Part shown: positions 1 through 10,109 of the stretch, in pieces
Layout: each line of letters opens with the position of its first letter
Numbering within the stretch: the first letter of the stretch is position 1
Origin: a cyanobacterium endosymbiont of Braarudosphaera bigelowii
Lineage (GTDB): Bacteria; Cyanobacteriota; Cyanobacteriia; Cyanobacteriales; Microcystaceae
Length of the DNA stretch: 32,000 nt
Assembly (NCBI RefSeq): GCF_020885515.1
Contig: NZ_AP024987.1
Coordinates: 390,001 to 422,000, forward strand
Direction: 5' to 3'
Notes under the pieces: generated by a model
The model's database searches: none
What the model saw: the letters and a program-made list of their open reading frames with translations, nothing else
Told to the model about the DNA's origin: nothing
Translations under genes and position numbers: made by a program

Positions 1-1519
1 GATTGCTGGTCGGGCAGGTCGTCGAGGAATGGACAAAGTAGGACATGTAGTAGTTGTTCAGACAATTTTTGAAGGACCAGCAGAAGCTGCTTATCTTGCT
101 ACCTCACAATCTGAATCTCTTGAAAGTTGTTTTACACCTTCTTATGGTATGGTATTGAACTTATTGCAAAAGCATACAATTCAAGAAACAAAAGATCTTT
201 TAGAAAAAAGTTTTGCTGAATATTTAGCTAAATTAAAATTAAGACCAGAACAACAGGAAATTATCTATTTAAATACAGAATTAAAAAAACTAGATATTCA
301 GTTAAGAGATGTTAAAGAAAAAGATATCTTAAAGTATGAGACCATAAATACTTGTTTAAAAGAAGAAAAAAGACTTTTAAAGATCTTACATTATCAAAAC
401 AAGAAGAAACGGAAAAAAGAAATCTCTACCCAGATAAAAAAACTAAGTCCAGGAGATTTACTATATCTTAAGAATCAGAAACTAAAACTTCCAACTTCTT
501 GTTTAGCTACTGTTGTTACTTTGGTTTCTTTAGATCAAAATATTAACTTACTTTGCTTAGGGAATGATAATTACTGGTATTTAGTTAAACAAGAAGATAT
601 TGCTAGTATTTGTAACCTTTCTTTACCTACTTTTTTAATAGATAAATTAAAACTTCCTGATATAGAACAACTCTCTTTTGGAAGGGGACCTAAAGGTGAT
701 TGTACCTGTCTTGAAGTGCATCAAGCAATGAAGAAATACAAGCTTCATAGTATCATTCCACAAGAGATAAGTAATCAACAAAACAAAATTAATGATATTG
801 AAAAATCTTTAAAAAGTGTTTTTTCTATTAATAGAAAAAACACTGCACAATTATTTAAATCTTATTATGAAAGACTAGAATTGAAAGAAAAATTATATTC
901 TAAACAAATTAAATTTCAAAAATTACAATCTAATCGTTCATATTACTGGCAAGAATTTCTTAATTTAATAGAAGTTTTACGCGATCTTGGCGCTTTGGAA
1001 AACTATACTCCTACAGTATTGGGGCAAGCTACTGCTACCCTTCGGGGAGAAAATGAGTTGTGGTTAGGAATAGTATTCATGTCAGGAATATTGGATAATT
1101 TACATTCTCATCATTTAGCAGGATTAGTTAGTGCAATGATTACAGAAACGTTACGTCCTGACACTTGGACAAATTATTTACCATCCCCAGAGGTACTAAG
1201 TATACTTAGCAGCTCTGAAGATAATACGATTAATATTAATAAAATTTATGATTTATTAAATAAAGTACAAAAACGTTATCAAATAACAATTCCTATTTAC
1301 TTAGAGTTAAAACTAATAGGGTTAGTAGAGGGATGGGCTTTAGGAGAAGATTGGCAAGATTTATGTAAAAATACCAGCTTGGATGAAGGGGATTTAGTAC
1401 GTTTGCTAAGACGCACAATTGATTTATTATCTCAAATACCTCATACACCAGGTCTCTCTATTTCTTTAATTCAAAATGCAGAGAAAGCAGTAATTCAATT
1501 AAAAAGATTTCCTGTATAA
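1..1519 (+). CDS. Ski2/HelY-like DEAD/DEAH-box RNA helicase, C-terminal part (5' end lies outside the window)
   Basis: The frame starting at nt 2 is open from the window edge and reads IAGRAGRRGMD (helicase motif VI) before the first Met of track ORF 29..1519. The C-terminus ...GWALGEDWQDLCKNTSLDEGDLVRLLRRTIDLLSQI resembles the Ski2/DSHCT C-terminal domain. Confidence 0.8.
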   Translation, partial: IAGRAGRRGMDKVGHVVVVQTIFEGPAEAAYLATSQSESLESCFTPSYGMVLNLLQKHTIQETKDLLEKSFAEYLAKLKLRPEQQEIIYLNTELKKLDIQLRDVKEKDILKYETINTCLKEEKRLLKILHYQNKKKRKKEISTQIKKLSPGDLLYLKNQKLKLPTSCLATVVTLVSLDQNINLLCLGNDNYWYLVKQEDIASICNLSLPTFLIDKLKLPDIEQLSFGRGPKGDCTCLEVHQAMKKYKLHSIIPQEISNQQNKINDIEKSLKSVFSINRKNTAQLFKSYYERLELKEKLYSKQIKFQKLQSNRSYYWQEFLNLIEVLRDLGALENYTPTVLGQATATLRGENELWLGIVFMSGILDNLHSHHLAGLVSAMITETLRPDTWTNYLPSPEVLSILSSSEDNTININKIYDLLNKVQKRYQITIPIYLELKLIGLVEGWALGEDWQDLCKNTSLDEGDLVRLLRRTIDLLSQIPHTPGLSISLIQNAEKAVIQLKRFPV

Positions 1520-1554
1520 ATTCAAGAAAGTATATTTTCATAGTCTCTTCAGTT

Positions 1555-3432
1555 TTAATAAGGATGAAAATATTTATAAATCTCTTTCGCTAAAGAATAG
1601 CCTATCCCTGGAACTTTTTTTAAATCCTCAATAGAAGCTTCTCTAATATAATCAACGGAGTGAAAAAACAAAAGAAGTTCTTTTTGCCTTCGAAGTCCTA
1701 AACCAGATATATTATCTAATTGAGAAGAAAGACTTTGCTTAATACGTCGTTGACGATGATAGTTAATAGCAAAACGGTGTGCTTCATCTCTGATTTTTCT
1801 TAATAACTTTAAACCTGGCTGTTCTGAATCAGTTATTAAAGAGTCAGTATTTCCTGGCAGAAATATTTCTTCGTGTTTTTTTGCTAAGCTAATAACTTTT
1901 AATAAAGGAAAAAGTTTCATGTCTTTTAAAACTTTCACTACTGTAGAAAGTTGCCCTTTACCACCATCAATTAGAATTAAGTTTGGGTAATCTTCTAATT
2001 TCAATAAATCTTCTATTGCTAAATTACGATAGGAATGAAATCTCCTACTAATAACTTCTGCAAGACATGCAAAATCATCAGAATGACCTAACTTGATAGC
2101 AGTATTTTGAATTCTGTAATGACGATAAGATTGTTGTGCTGGAATTCCATTAATAAAAACAACTTGTGATGCAACAGCGTTAGATCCTTGTATATGAGAA
2201 ATATCATAACCTTCTATTCTGTAGGGAATTTCTTCCAAATTTAATATTTGAGTTAAATTTTGCAAAGAGAATAAGTTCTGCTGCATATCTCTTTGTGTTT
2301 TTTCTAGTTCATATGTTGCATTACGTTGAACTAGATTGATAATTTCGATTTTTTGTTGCTTTTTTGGAACAGTAATAGTGACTTTTTTACCTTTCTTACT
2401 TTTTAACCAGTTAGTAAAAATATCTATCTTAGGAAGTTCGTATTGTACTAAAATTTCATTTGGTATTTCTATTGGTTCTACTTGCCAATAGTGTTCTTCC
2501 AAAACCCTTTGTAATATGCTACCTGATGTGCCAGGAATGTTATCAACAAAAAATCCTAGGCGACCTATTAAGCGTCCTCCACGAATTTGAAATAGTTGCA
2601 CACAAGTATAACTATCATCAGAGGCTAAAGCGATTACATCTTGTGAGATTGTGTCATTTGGTAGAACTACTTTTTGATCTATACTAAGTTCTTTAAGGGC
2701 TTCAATTCGATCCCTTGTTTGTGCTGCCTGCTCAAATTTTAACTGTGTAGCATATAGCTTCATTTGAGTATCTAATCTTTGCACCAACTCTTCAGTACAA
2801 CCTTGAAATATCATTGCTACTTTCGCAACAATCTTATGATATCTATTCGAAGTAATCAATTTCTGACAAACACCAGGACAAAGACCAATATCGTAGTTTA
2901 AACAAGGTCTATCTTTAAATAATGGACGTGTCTTTTGACGTAAAGGAAAGACACGCTTAATGAGACTTAGTGTTTTTCGCAATTTATGAGTATCTACATA
3001 TGGCCCGTAATAGCGATCTCGTTTATTTCCTAATCGCCTTTTACGAGTAATGAATACTCTTGGATATTCTTCAGACCAAGTAATACAAACATAGGGATAT
3101 TTTTTATCATCTTTTAGAAGTACATTAAAATGTGGTTGATATTGCTTAACTAAGTTAGCTTCTAAAGCTAATGCTTCTACTTCTGTATCAGTAACAATAA
3201 ATTCAATGTTGTTAACTTGTTGCAACATTAAATTAATGCGAGGAGTATGATACTTTCCTTCCTGAAAATAAGAACGAACCCTGACCCTTAAACGTTTAGA
3301 TTTACCAATATAAAGGATATCTTCCTGTTTATCTAGCATTAAATAAATGCCGGGTTCCAGTGGAATTTCTTTCAATTTATTTTTTAGGGCATCGTTATTT
3401 AATAACAATTGTTTATTCTCTTGCACCACCAA
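1555..3432 (-). CDS. uvrC: Excinuclease ABC subunit C (UvrC)
   Basis: 625 aa. It has an N-terminal GIY-YIG module ([30 protein letters not shown]), a central UvrC endonuclease region and a C-terminal helix-hairpin-helix ([19 protein letters not shown]...VPGIG). The start codon is apparently TTG at 3432. Confidence 0.95.
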   Translation of the reverse strand: MVVQENKQLLLNNDALKNKLKEIPLEPGIYLMLDKQEDILYIGKSKRLRVRVRSYFQEGKYHTPRINLMLQQVNNIEFIVTDTEVEALALEANLVKQYQPHFNVLLKDDKKYPYVCITWSEEYPRVFITRKRRLGNKRDRYYGPYVDTHKLRKTLSLIKRVFPLRQKTRPLFKDRPCLNYDIGLCPGVCQKLITSNRYHKIVAKVAMIFQGCTEELVQRLDTQMKLYATQLKFEQAAQTRDRIEALKELSIDQKVVLPNDTISQDVIALASDDSYTCVQLFQIRGGRLIGRLGFFVDNIPGTSGSILQRVLEEHYWQVEPIEIPNEILVQYELPKIDIFTNWLKSKKGKKVTITVPKKQQKIEIINLVQRNATYELEKTQRDMQQNLFSLQNLTQILNLEEIPYRIEGYDISHIQGSNAVASQVVFINGIPAQQSYRHYRIQNTAIKLGHSDDFACLAEVISRRFHSYRNLAIEDLLKLEDYPNLILIDGGKGQLSTVVKVLKDMKLFPLLKVISLAKKHEEIFLPGNTDSLITDSEQPGLKLLRKIRDEAHRFAINYHRQRRIKQSLSSQLDNISGLGLRRQKELLLFFHSVDYIREASIEDLKKVPGIGYSLAKEIYKYFHPY

Positions 3433-3663
3433 TACCTTAATAATTTGTACTTTCTAGATGTGAAAACATAAATTATTTATATCATTATCTTAAATGTGTA
3501 TATCTAGTATATTAGTTTACACACTCTTAACTATATTATTAACAATAAAATAATTATCTAAAATTAATCTCCTGCTAAAACTTTCCGTTTATTAATTTTC
3601 TTTTACTTATTTCATTATTGTTTTAGACAATTTTCGGATTACTATAATAACATTACTTAAATA

Positions 3664-5010
3664 GTGTATATGTTAAATAATATTCAATTAGCTTTAGCAA
3701 TAGGAATAGCTAAAGTCGTAACTTTTATTGTTAAATTTTTTAAATTAGGAGCTGCAAGTGTTCTACCTGGAGCAATCTCTCTTCGTTTTTATCCTAAAAC
3801 TTTATCAGAATTGTGTAAACAAGTTACTGAAGGAATTATTGTAGTTATTGGGACAAACGGTAAAACGACAACGTCTCTTTTGTTGAGAACTATTTTAGAG
3901 AATCAGGGATGGAGGGTTACCCATAATAGGACTGGAGCTAACTTACTAAACGGTTTAGTTACAGCATTACTAGAAAATACTACAATAACAGGAAACTTAG
4001 TCACAGATTTTGCAATTTTAGAAGTAGACGAAAATATTATTTCTTTACTACTAAAAGAATGTAAGCCTAAGATAATTATTGGTTTAAATATATTTCGAGA
4101 CCAATTAGATCGTTATGGAGAAGTTGATTCGATAAGCTTAGCTTGGCAGAAAGCGATTAGTTCTCTTTCACCTGAAACAACAATTATTTTAAACGCTGAT
4201 GATCCAACTTTATCTCATTTAGGTCAACAATTATTTCAACAAACTTTTTATTTTGGTTTGTCAGAACCTGAGCAATATTTAGAAGAAATTCCCCATGCAG
4301 CAGATTCAATATATTGTCCAAGTTGTGGTCATATCTTAAGTTATCAAGGATTTTATCTTTCTCATTTAGGAGACTTTCATTGTCCTAGATGTAATTTTAA
4401 GAAAAGCCAACTAGCACTTATCAGTAAAGATTGGCCACAAATACTAGTTGGTATTTATAACAAATATAATACATTAGCTGCAGGATTAGCTGCTAGAAAA
4501 CTTGGTGTTCAATTTCCTGAAATTTGCAATACTATTAAAACGTTTAAGCCAGCTTTTGGAAGAGCAGAAGAACTAATTGTTGATAACAAAAAGGTTTGTA
4601 TTCTGCTATCAAAAAATCCTGTAGGTATGAATGAAACTATAAAAATAGTAAATAATTCAAAAAAGGAAAAGCATTCTTCAACAACTTTATTGATCCTAAA
4701 TGATAGAATTCCTGATGGTATAGATATTTCTTGGATTTGGGATGTAGACACAGAACTTTTAGTAAGGTTAGGAGGCAATCTTATAGTAAGTGGTGACCGA
4801 ACTTATGACATGGCTTTACGCTTGAAGTATAGTCAGCAAAGTTTAACAAGCCAAGAAAATACAATTAATCTAATTGTTAAAGAAAATTTAAACCAAGCTA
4901 TAAAAATGGCTCTAAGTTTAACAACAGAAGCAGAAACTTTATATATAATTCCAACCTATTCCGCTATGTTAGAAGTTAGAGAAATAATAGTTGGGCGTAA
5001 GATTCTGTAA
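3664..5010 (+). CDS. murT: Mur-ligase-family protein, MurT-like (lipid II isoglutaminyl synthase subunit type)
   Basis: 448 aa. Mur ligase P-loop GTNGKTTT. A CxxC...CxxC zinc ribbon (CPSCGHILSYQGFYLSHLGDFHCPRCNF) and a DUF1727-like C-terminus are typical of MurT. ATG at 3670 is an alternative to GTG at 3664. Confidence 0.78.
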   Translation: MYMLNNIQLALAIGIAKVVTFIVKFFKLGAASVLPGAISLRFYPKTLSELCKQVTEGIIVVIGTNGKTTTSLLLRTILENQGWRVTHNRTGANLLNGLVTALLENTTITGNLVTDFAILEVDENIISLLLKECKPKIIIGLNIFRDQLDRYGEVDSISLAWQKAISSLSPETTIILNADDPTLSHLGQQLFQQTFYFGLSEPEQYLEEIPHAADSIYCPSCGHILSYQGFYLSHLGDFHCPRCNFKKSQLALISKDWPQILVGIYNKYNTLAAGLAARKLGVQFPEICNTIKTFKPAFGRAEELIVDNKKVCILLSKNPVGMNETIKIVNNSKKEKHSSTTLLILNDRIPDGIDISWIWDVDTELLVRLGGNLIVSGDRTYDMALRLKYSQQSLTSQENTINLIVKENLNQAIKMALSLTTEAETLYIIPTYSAMLEVREIIVGRKIL

Positions 5011-5713
5011 GTCAAGTTCTATATAAATTTTTATTAAATTTGAAGATATACCAATAATCAAATAAGCTTAAATATTTACCAATTAAGTAACATCGTTACG
5101 CGTACTCAAATAGTATAGGCAGGTTTAAAAATTACTGACTAAAATTTAGACTAAAGACAATTACTTTATAATATGAATACCTTTATTGGTTTGCTGAAAA
5201 TTATTCGATGAGCTGTAATAGGTTCTGGTATTAAATTGAGCAACTTAATATAATTGATTGACGATAAGCGGTAGTTTTGTAAATTAAAGGTAAAACAGAA
5301 CACTAGAGATAATAAACTATCACTTTCTTATACCCTCAATTACTTATTTACTTCATTATTCCAGAGTCCCTTATCAAGGGATTATCTTAACTTACTGCGA
5401 TATATTAAAACTTAATGATTGTGTTTATTAATATTCTAATGATTAAGAAGATTGTTCCTACTATAAAACGTGATGTAAAAGAAAGAAAATACATTCCTTA
5501 AGAAATAAAAATATTTAATAAATCGAAGAAGATTTTAGCCATAAATAGCGTAAATATATTATTTATATTTAATAAAATCATATTCAATAAATAAGTTAAT
5601 CTATTAAATAGTATTTTATTAAATATGATTTTTATACCAAAATGATAAATTCTATGTTATAGTTAAAGTTCATGCGTAAGCATTAAACAGTACCAAGTTT
5701 TTTGTCGACGTAT

Positions 5714-6030
5714 GGGGGCGTGGCGGAATGGTAGACGCTACGGACTTAAATAATTGAGCCTTGTTAGAGAGATTTAACAAGTGTAAGTTCTCAAATTCAG
5801 GGAATCCTAAATCTTTTACATAGATTAGACAAGGTAATCCTGAGCCAAGCTTGGCCTTATAGAAGGTTAAGAAGGTGCAGAGACTCGACGGGAACTACCC
5901 TACGCAGAAATGATAAAGGGTAAAGAGAGAGTCCGATTCTTAAAGTCTAATTAGACGATAGTGAAAGCTATGTAAAGAATGAAAATCCGTTGACCGCAAG
6001 GTCGTGAGAGTTCAAGTCTCTCCGCCCCCA
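5714..6030 (+). tRNA. trnL: tRNA-Leu(UAA) interrupted by a group I intron (exons 5714..5747 and 5982..6030)
   Basis: The acceptor stem GGGGGCG (5714-5720) pairs with CGCCCCC (6023-6029), followed by discriminator A. D arm GGCGGAATGGTAGACGCT. Anticodon stem ACGGA/TCCGT with loop CU-U|AA-AA split after U34. Long variable arm TGACCGCAAGGTCG. T arm GAGAGTTCAAGTCTCTC. No CCA is encoded. Confidence 0.93.
5748..5981 (+). ncRNA. Group I (IC3-type) intron in the tRNA-Leu(UAA) anticodon loop
   Basis: It is inserted between U34 and A35 and ends in G (5981). It carries the conserved cyanobacterial/plastid core blocks TTGAGCCTTG, GGTAATCCTGAGCCAAG, AGGTGCAGAGACTCGACGGGAACTACCCTACGC and AAGGGTAAAGAGAGAGTCCGATTC. 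There is no internal ORF. Confidence 0.9.
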
Positions 6031-6037
6031 CTACTTT

Positions 6038-6096
6038 TTACAAGTCTTATGAGAAATATAGTTAATTTATAACTATATTTCTCATAAGACTTGTAA
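6038..6096 (+). terminator. Hairpin with a 27-bp perfect stem downstream of tRNA-Leu; probable terminator or processing structure
   Basis: TTACAAGTCTTATGAGAAATATAGTTA (6038-6064) is the exact reverse complement of 6070-6096, with loop ATTTA. It is followed by GCTTTTTATTT on the + strand. It sits between convergent trnL and rnj. Confidence 0.6.
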
Positions 6097-6183
6097 GCTT
6101 TTTATTTAAGTAATATTGTGCTTAAATTGTTAAGACGTTAGCTATAGCACTTGCTGGCTATAACTAAAAGCCAATGTCTCAAG

Positions 6184-7953
6184 CTAAGATGCTACAGAAG
6201 CTGTTGATCGGCGTCGACGATAAACTTTTTGATTAGTCTTAGACTTTGAAGAAGAAGATACATCTGGAATTTGTAAAATAAATATTACTAGTGGTTCGCT
6301 TCGTAATTCTCTTTTTATAAGTCTCTGTAAGGTATTTTCAACTTCTTCTTTTAACCAAGACCAATTAATTGTATTTTTATCTTCATCTGAAACAAACTCC
6401 TCCCAACGATTTTTTACAATATTTTCAATTGCTCGTATGATAACTTGTCGCAATACAGGCTTTTCTACTTTAGTTACTACACCACGAAGATCGACCTGCG
6501 GAAGTTCCGTTAATTCTCTATCTTGGTTAATAGATGCTGCTACCGTTATTACTCCGTCTTTAGCAAGTTGTTGACGATCTTGTAGTACATTTTCATGTAC
6601 TACACCTGCTTGATCAACCAATTCAATACCAGAAGGAACTTTCCCAGCAAGACTAATATTATTACTAGATAACTCTATTACATCCCCATTTTTGACTATA
6701 ATAATATTTTCAGAGCTAATCCCCATTTCATAAGCAGTTTGCGCATGTTTTACTAACATTCGGTGTTCCCCGTGGACTGGGACAAAAAACTTAGGGCGAG
6801 TTAAAGCTAACATTAGTTTATGATCTTCTTGAGAACCATGACCAGAAACATGTATACCATGGTGGCGACCATAGATGACGTTCGCTCCCTGCATCATTAA
6901 ACGATCAATGGTATTAACAACAGCAATAGTATTTCCTGGTATCGGATTAGCTGAGAAAACTATAGTATCTCCTTGACGTACCTTTATATGACGATGATCT
7001 CCTCGAGAAATACGCGTTAAAGCAGCTAGTGGTTCACCTTGTGAACCAGTTGTTAAAATAAGAACTTGTTTGTCCGGTATATTACGTGCTCCTTTAAGTG
7101 AAACAAATAAATCTTCTGGACATGTTATATAACCTAGTGTTCTTGCATGAGCAATAACATTCAACATAGAGCGTCCTACAACAACTACTTTACGTTTATG
7201 CTTTTGAGCAAGTTGTAAAATTATATTAACTCGATGAACTGAGGAAGCAAAAGTAGTTATCATCAAGCGTCCTTCAGCTTGAGATATTATGCGATCTAAG
7301 TTTGGATAAACAGATCTTTCTGAAGCAGTACTACCAGGGAGTTCAGCGTTAGTAGAGTCGCTTAATAAACAAAGTACTCCTTTCTCTCCATGCTCAGCAA
7401 GTTTCTGAAAATCAAAATATTCACCATCAATAGGAGTGTAATCAACCTTAAAATCTCCAGTATGGATAATAACGCCTAAAGGAGTATGAATAGCTAGAGT
7501 AAAACTATCAGCTATTGAATGAGTATTACGAATAAATTCTACTAAAAAAGATGAACTAATCCTTGTCATTTCTCTTGGTTCAACTGTCTTTAAAGTAGTG
7601 CGACCACTTACTCCTGCTTCGTCTAACTTATCCCTTAATAATGCGATAGCGAGTTTTGGGCCATAAATAATAGGGATATCAAATTGCTTTAAATGATAAG
7701 CAATTCCACCTATATGATCTTCATGGCCATGGGTGGCTATCATACCTTTAATTTTGTGACGATTGTCTCTGAGATAGGTCATGTCAGGAAGAACAATATT
7801 TACCCCATGCATCTCATCAGTTGGAAAAGCAATACCTGCATCGATTAAAATAATTTCGTCTTCGTATTCTAAGACACAGGTATTCTTACCAATTTCATGA
7901 AGACCTCCTAAAGGAATAATTTTTAATGTAGACTCTTTATTGATTTGGTTCAT
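6184..7953 (-). CDS. rnj: Ribonuclease J (beta-CASP metallo-beta-lactamase RNase)
   Basis: 589 aa. N-terminus LKIIPLGGLHEIGKNTCVLEYEDEIILIDAG, metallo-beta-lactamase motif HGHEDHIGG and later beta-CASP motifs. AAGGAGAAAA lies upstream of the ATG. It sits in the conserved asd-dapA-rnj arrangement. Confidence 0.93.
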   Translation of the reverse strand: MNQINKESTLKIIPLGGLHEIGKNTCVLEYEDEIILIDAGIAFPTDEMHGVNIVLPDMTYLRDNRHKIKGMIATHGHEDHIGGIAYHLKQFDIPIIYGPKLAIALLRDKLDEAGVSGRTTLKTVEPREMTRISSSFLVEFIRNTHSIADSFTLAIHTPLGVIIHTGDFKVDYTPIDGEYFDFQKLAEHGEKGVLCLLSDSTNAELPGSTASERSVYPNLDRIISQAEGRLMITTFASSVHRVNIILQLAQKHKRKVVVVGRSMLNVIAHARTLGYITCPEDLFVSLKGARNIPDKQVLILTTGSQGEPLAALTRISRGDHRHIKVRQGDTIVFSANPIPGNTIAVVNTIDRLMMQGANVIYGRHHGIHVSGHGSQEDHKLMLALTRPKFFVPVHGEHRMLVKHAQTAYEMGISSENIIIVKNGDVIELSSNNISLAGKVPSGIELVDQAGVVHENVLQDRQQLAKDGVITVAASINQDRELTELPQVDLRGVVTKVEKPVLRQVIIRAIENIVKNRWEEFVSDEDKNTINWSWLKEEVENTLQRLIKRELRSEPLVIFILQIPDVSSSSKSKTNQKVYRRRRSTASVAS

Positions 7954-8112
7954 TTTTCTCCTTGATTATCTAAAATATATGTTGATAAAATCAATACTAT
8001 AAAAACTCAAAATTTAAATAAAAACTATTATTTAATAATATCTAATTTGTATTTTCAAAAATGTTTATTAGGAATTAATCATTTGCTTATCCTAAACTAA
8101 TATTGTTATTAA

Positions 8113-9012
8113 TTATTTACTTTTAACTAACATTAACTCTTCTAGAACTAGTCTAATTTCTTCATTTAATGCTTTTGATATACCTACTAGAGGAAGTCTA
8201 ACCCCTCCCACCAACCATCCCTGCAAATTTAATGCCGCTTTAATTGGAATCGGATTAGTTGTACAAAATAAAACTTTAAATAATGGAAAAAGTTTTAAAT
8301 TTATTTCACTTGCTCGAGTTTCTTCGTTTTTATTAAATGCTTGTATCATTTTCTGAATTTCCAATCCAACTAAATGACTAGCAACACTAATAACACCTAT
8401 ACCCCCAACTGTAAGAAAAGGCAGAGTTGAACAATCATCTCCTGCATAAATGAGAAAAGAAGGATCGGTCATTGAACGTATTGCATAGACCTGCTCTAAA
8501 TTACTAGAAGCTTCTTTAATACCAATAATATTTTCAATTTCTGCTAGTTTAGCAATAGTTTCTGATAATAAGTTTTGACCAGTACGCCCAGGTACATTGT
8601 ATAAGATGATGGGAAGATCATTGACAGACTGAGCAATCTTTTTAAAATGTTGATACAATCCTTCTTGTGGAGGTTTATTGTAGTAAGGAACCACTTGTAA
8701 GGATCCATCCAATCCCATTTTAGAAATTTCTTGAGTCATCTCAATAGCATGGACCGTGGAATTTGCACCTGTTCCAGCAATAACCTTTGCTCTATTCCCC
8801 ACAGTCTTTTTAACTACTTGAAATAATTTAGACTTCTCTGGCCAGCTTAAGGTCGGGGACTCTCCAGTAGTACCACAGACGACTAGACTATCACTGCCAT
8901 TGTCAACTAGGTAAGTAGCTAATTGTTCCACAACAGGATAGTTAACATTTCCTTCTTTATCAAATGGAGTTACCATAGCGGTAATTACTTTGCCAAAACT
9001 TAGATCACTCAT
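8113..9012 (-). CDS. dapA: 4-hydroxy-tetrahydrodipicolinate synthase (DapA)
   Basis: 299 aa. Motifs GTTGES, YNKP, ILYNVPGRTG and the Schiff-base lysine context GIKEAS. Confidence 0.95.
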   Translation of the reverse strand: MSDLSFGKVITAMVTPFDKEGNVNYPVVEQLATYLVDNGSDSLVVCGTTGESPTLSWPEKSKLFQVVKKTVGNRAKVIAGTGANSTVHAIEMTQEISKMGLDGSLQVVPYYNKPPQEGLYQHFKKIAQSVNDLPIILYNVPGRTGQNLLSETIAKLAEIENIIGIKEASSNLEQVYAIRSMTDPSFLIYAGDDCSTLPFLTVGGIGVISVASHLVGLEIQKMIQAFNKNEETRASEINLKLFPLFKVLFCTTNPIPIKAALNLQGWLVGGVRLPLVGISKALNEEIRLVLEELMLVKSK

Positions 9013-9095
9013 TCGTTTTGTTGTAAGTTATGATTCTTTTTAAAAATATATTGAGTGAATATTTTACTTAATCATTTAACATTAATATTGTCAAG

Positions 9096-10109
9096 TCAAT
9101 AATTTTTATTAATTAATAGTTCAGCTATCTGAACTGCATTTAATGCCGCCCCTTTAAGAATTTGATCACCACAAATCCATAATTCTAAACCACAAGGGTG
9201 GGAAATATCTTGACGAATTCTTCCAACTAATACATCATCATGATTGGAGGCATCAACTGGCATAGGAAAATGATTTTTTTGCCAATTTTCACATAACTGA
9301 ATTCCTGAAGTTTGGAGAATAGCTTCTCTTGCTTTGTTTATGGGGAATGGCTCATCAAACTCTAGGTTAATAGATTCAGAATGGGCTCGTAATACAGGGA
9401 CTCTAACACAGGTTGCCGTCACTTTTAAATCTGGTTCATTAAAAATTTTACGGGTTTCATTGACCATCTTCATCTCTTCTTCGCAATATCCTGTATCAGT
9501 CATCTTAGAGTCATGAAGAAAAAGATTGAAAGCTAGTGGATAAGGTAGAATTTTTGCTTCAGGCTTCTTATCATTAAAAATATTTTTAAATTGTTGTTTC
9601 ATTTCTTCCATTGCCTGTGTTCCAGCTCCACTAACGGACTGGTAAGTAGATACAACTATTCTTTTAATAGGTTTAATTTTATGCAGTGGATAGATAACCA
9701 TAGCCATAAGAATAGTTGTACAGTTAGGATTGGCAATAATCTTATTATGACCGATTAAAGATTTAGGATTAATTTCTGGTATTATTAAAGGAACGTCAGG
9801 GTCTAATCGAAAAGCACTAGAGTTGTCTATCATCACAGCTCCTGCGTTTGTAATGGTTTTTGCCCAGACTTTAGACACAGAGCTTCCAGCGGAGGCCAAT
9901 ACTAAATCAATATTGCTAAAAGAATTTGCCTTAACTTCTTTTACTTCCAATGTCTCACCCTTAAAGGTTAATTTACTTCCTGCAGAACGAGGAGAAGCTA
10001 AAAGCTTAAGGCTATTTAAAGGAAAATTTCGACTTTCTAAAAGTTTTAACAACTCAGTGCCAACGGCTCCTGTCGCCCCTAGTATGGCAATATTGACTGG
10101 CTTGGACAA
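9096..10109 (-). CDS. asd: Aspartate-semialdehyde dehydrogenase (Asd)
   Basis: 337 aa. Rossmann N-terminus IAILGATGAVG, active-site ANPNCTT and QSVSGAG. The start is apparently TTG. Confidence 0.95.
   Translation of the reverse strand: MSKPVNIAILGATGAVGTELLKLLESRNFPLNSLKLLASPRSAGSKLTFKGETLEVKEVKANSFSNIDLVLASAGSSVSKVWAKTITNAGAVMIDNSSAFRLDPDVPLIIPEINPKSLIGHNKIIANPNCTTILMAMVIYPLHKIKPIKRIVVSTYQSVSGAGTQAMEEMKQQFKNIFNDKKPEAKILPYPLAFNLFLHDSKMTDTGYCEEEMKMVNETRKIFNEPDLKVTATCVRVPVLRAHSESINLEFDEPFPINKAREAILQTSGIQLCENWQKNHFPMPVDASNHDDVLVGRIRQDISHPCGLELWICGDQILKGAALNAVQIAELLINKNY

Noticed and set aside
2460-2687. Short ORFs in the track that lie antisense within, or substantially overlap, well-supported genes: 2460..2687, 4509..4778, 9334..9516, 9823..10113, 12974..13249, 14891..15073, 23397..23621, 23934..24155, 26900..27091, 27161..27415 and 29332..29610.
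   Set aside because: Each lies inside (or, for 9823..10113 and 12974..13249, runs a few nt to ~50 nt past the 5' end of) a longer ORF on the opposite strand with clear family motifs. Their translations are low-complexity or hydrophobic with no recognisable motif. This is typical of shadow ORFs.
5011-5713. A possible decayed gatD pseudogene in the spacer after murT.
   Set aside because: I read all six frames by eye and found none of the GatD hallmark motifs. It is left as a testable hypothesis in the findings, not called as a feature.
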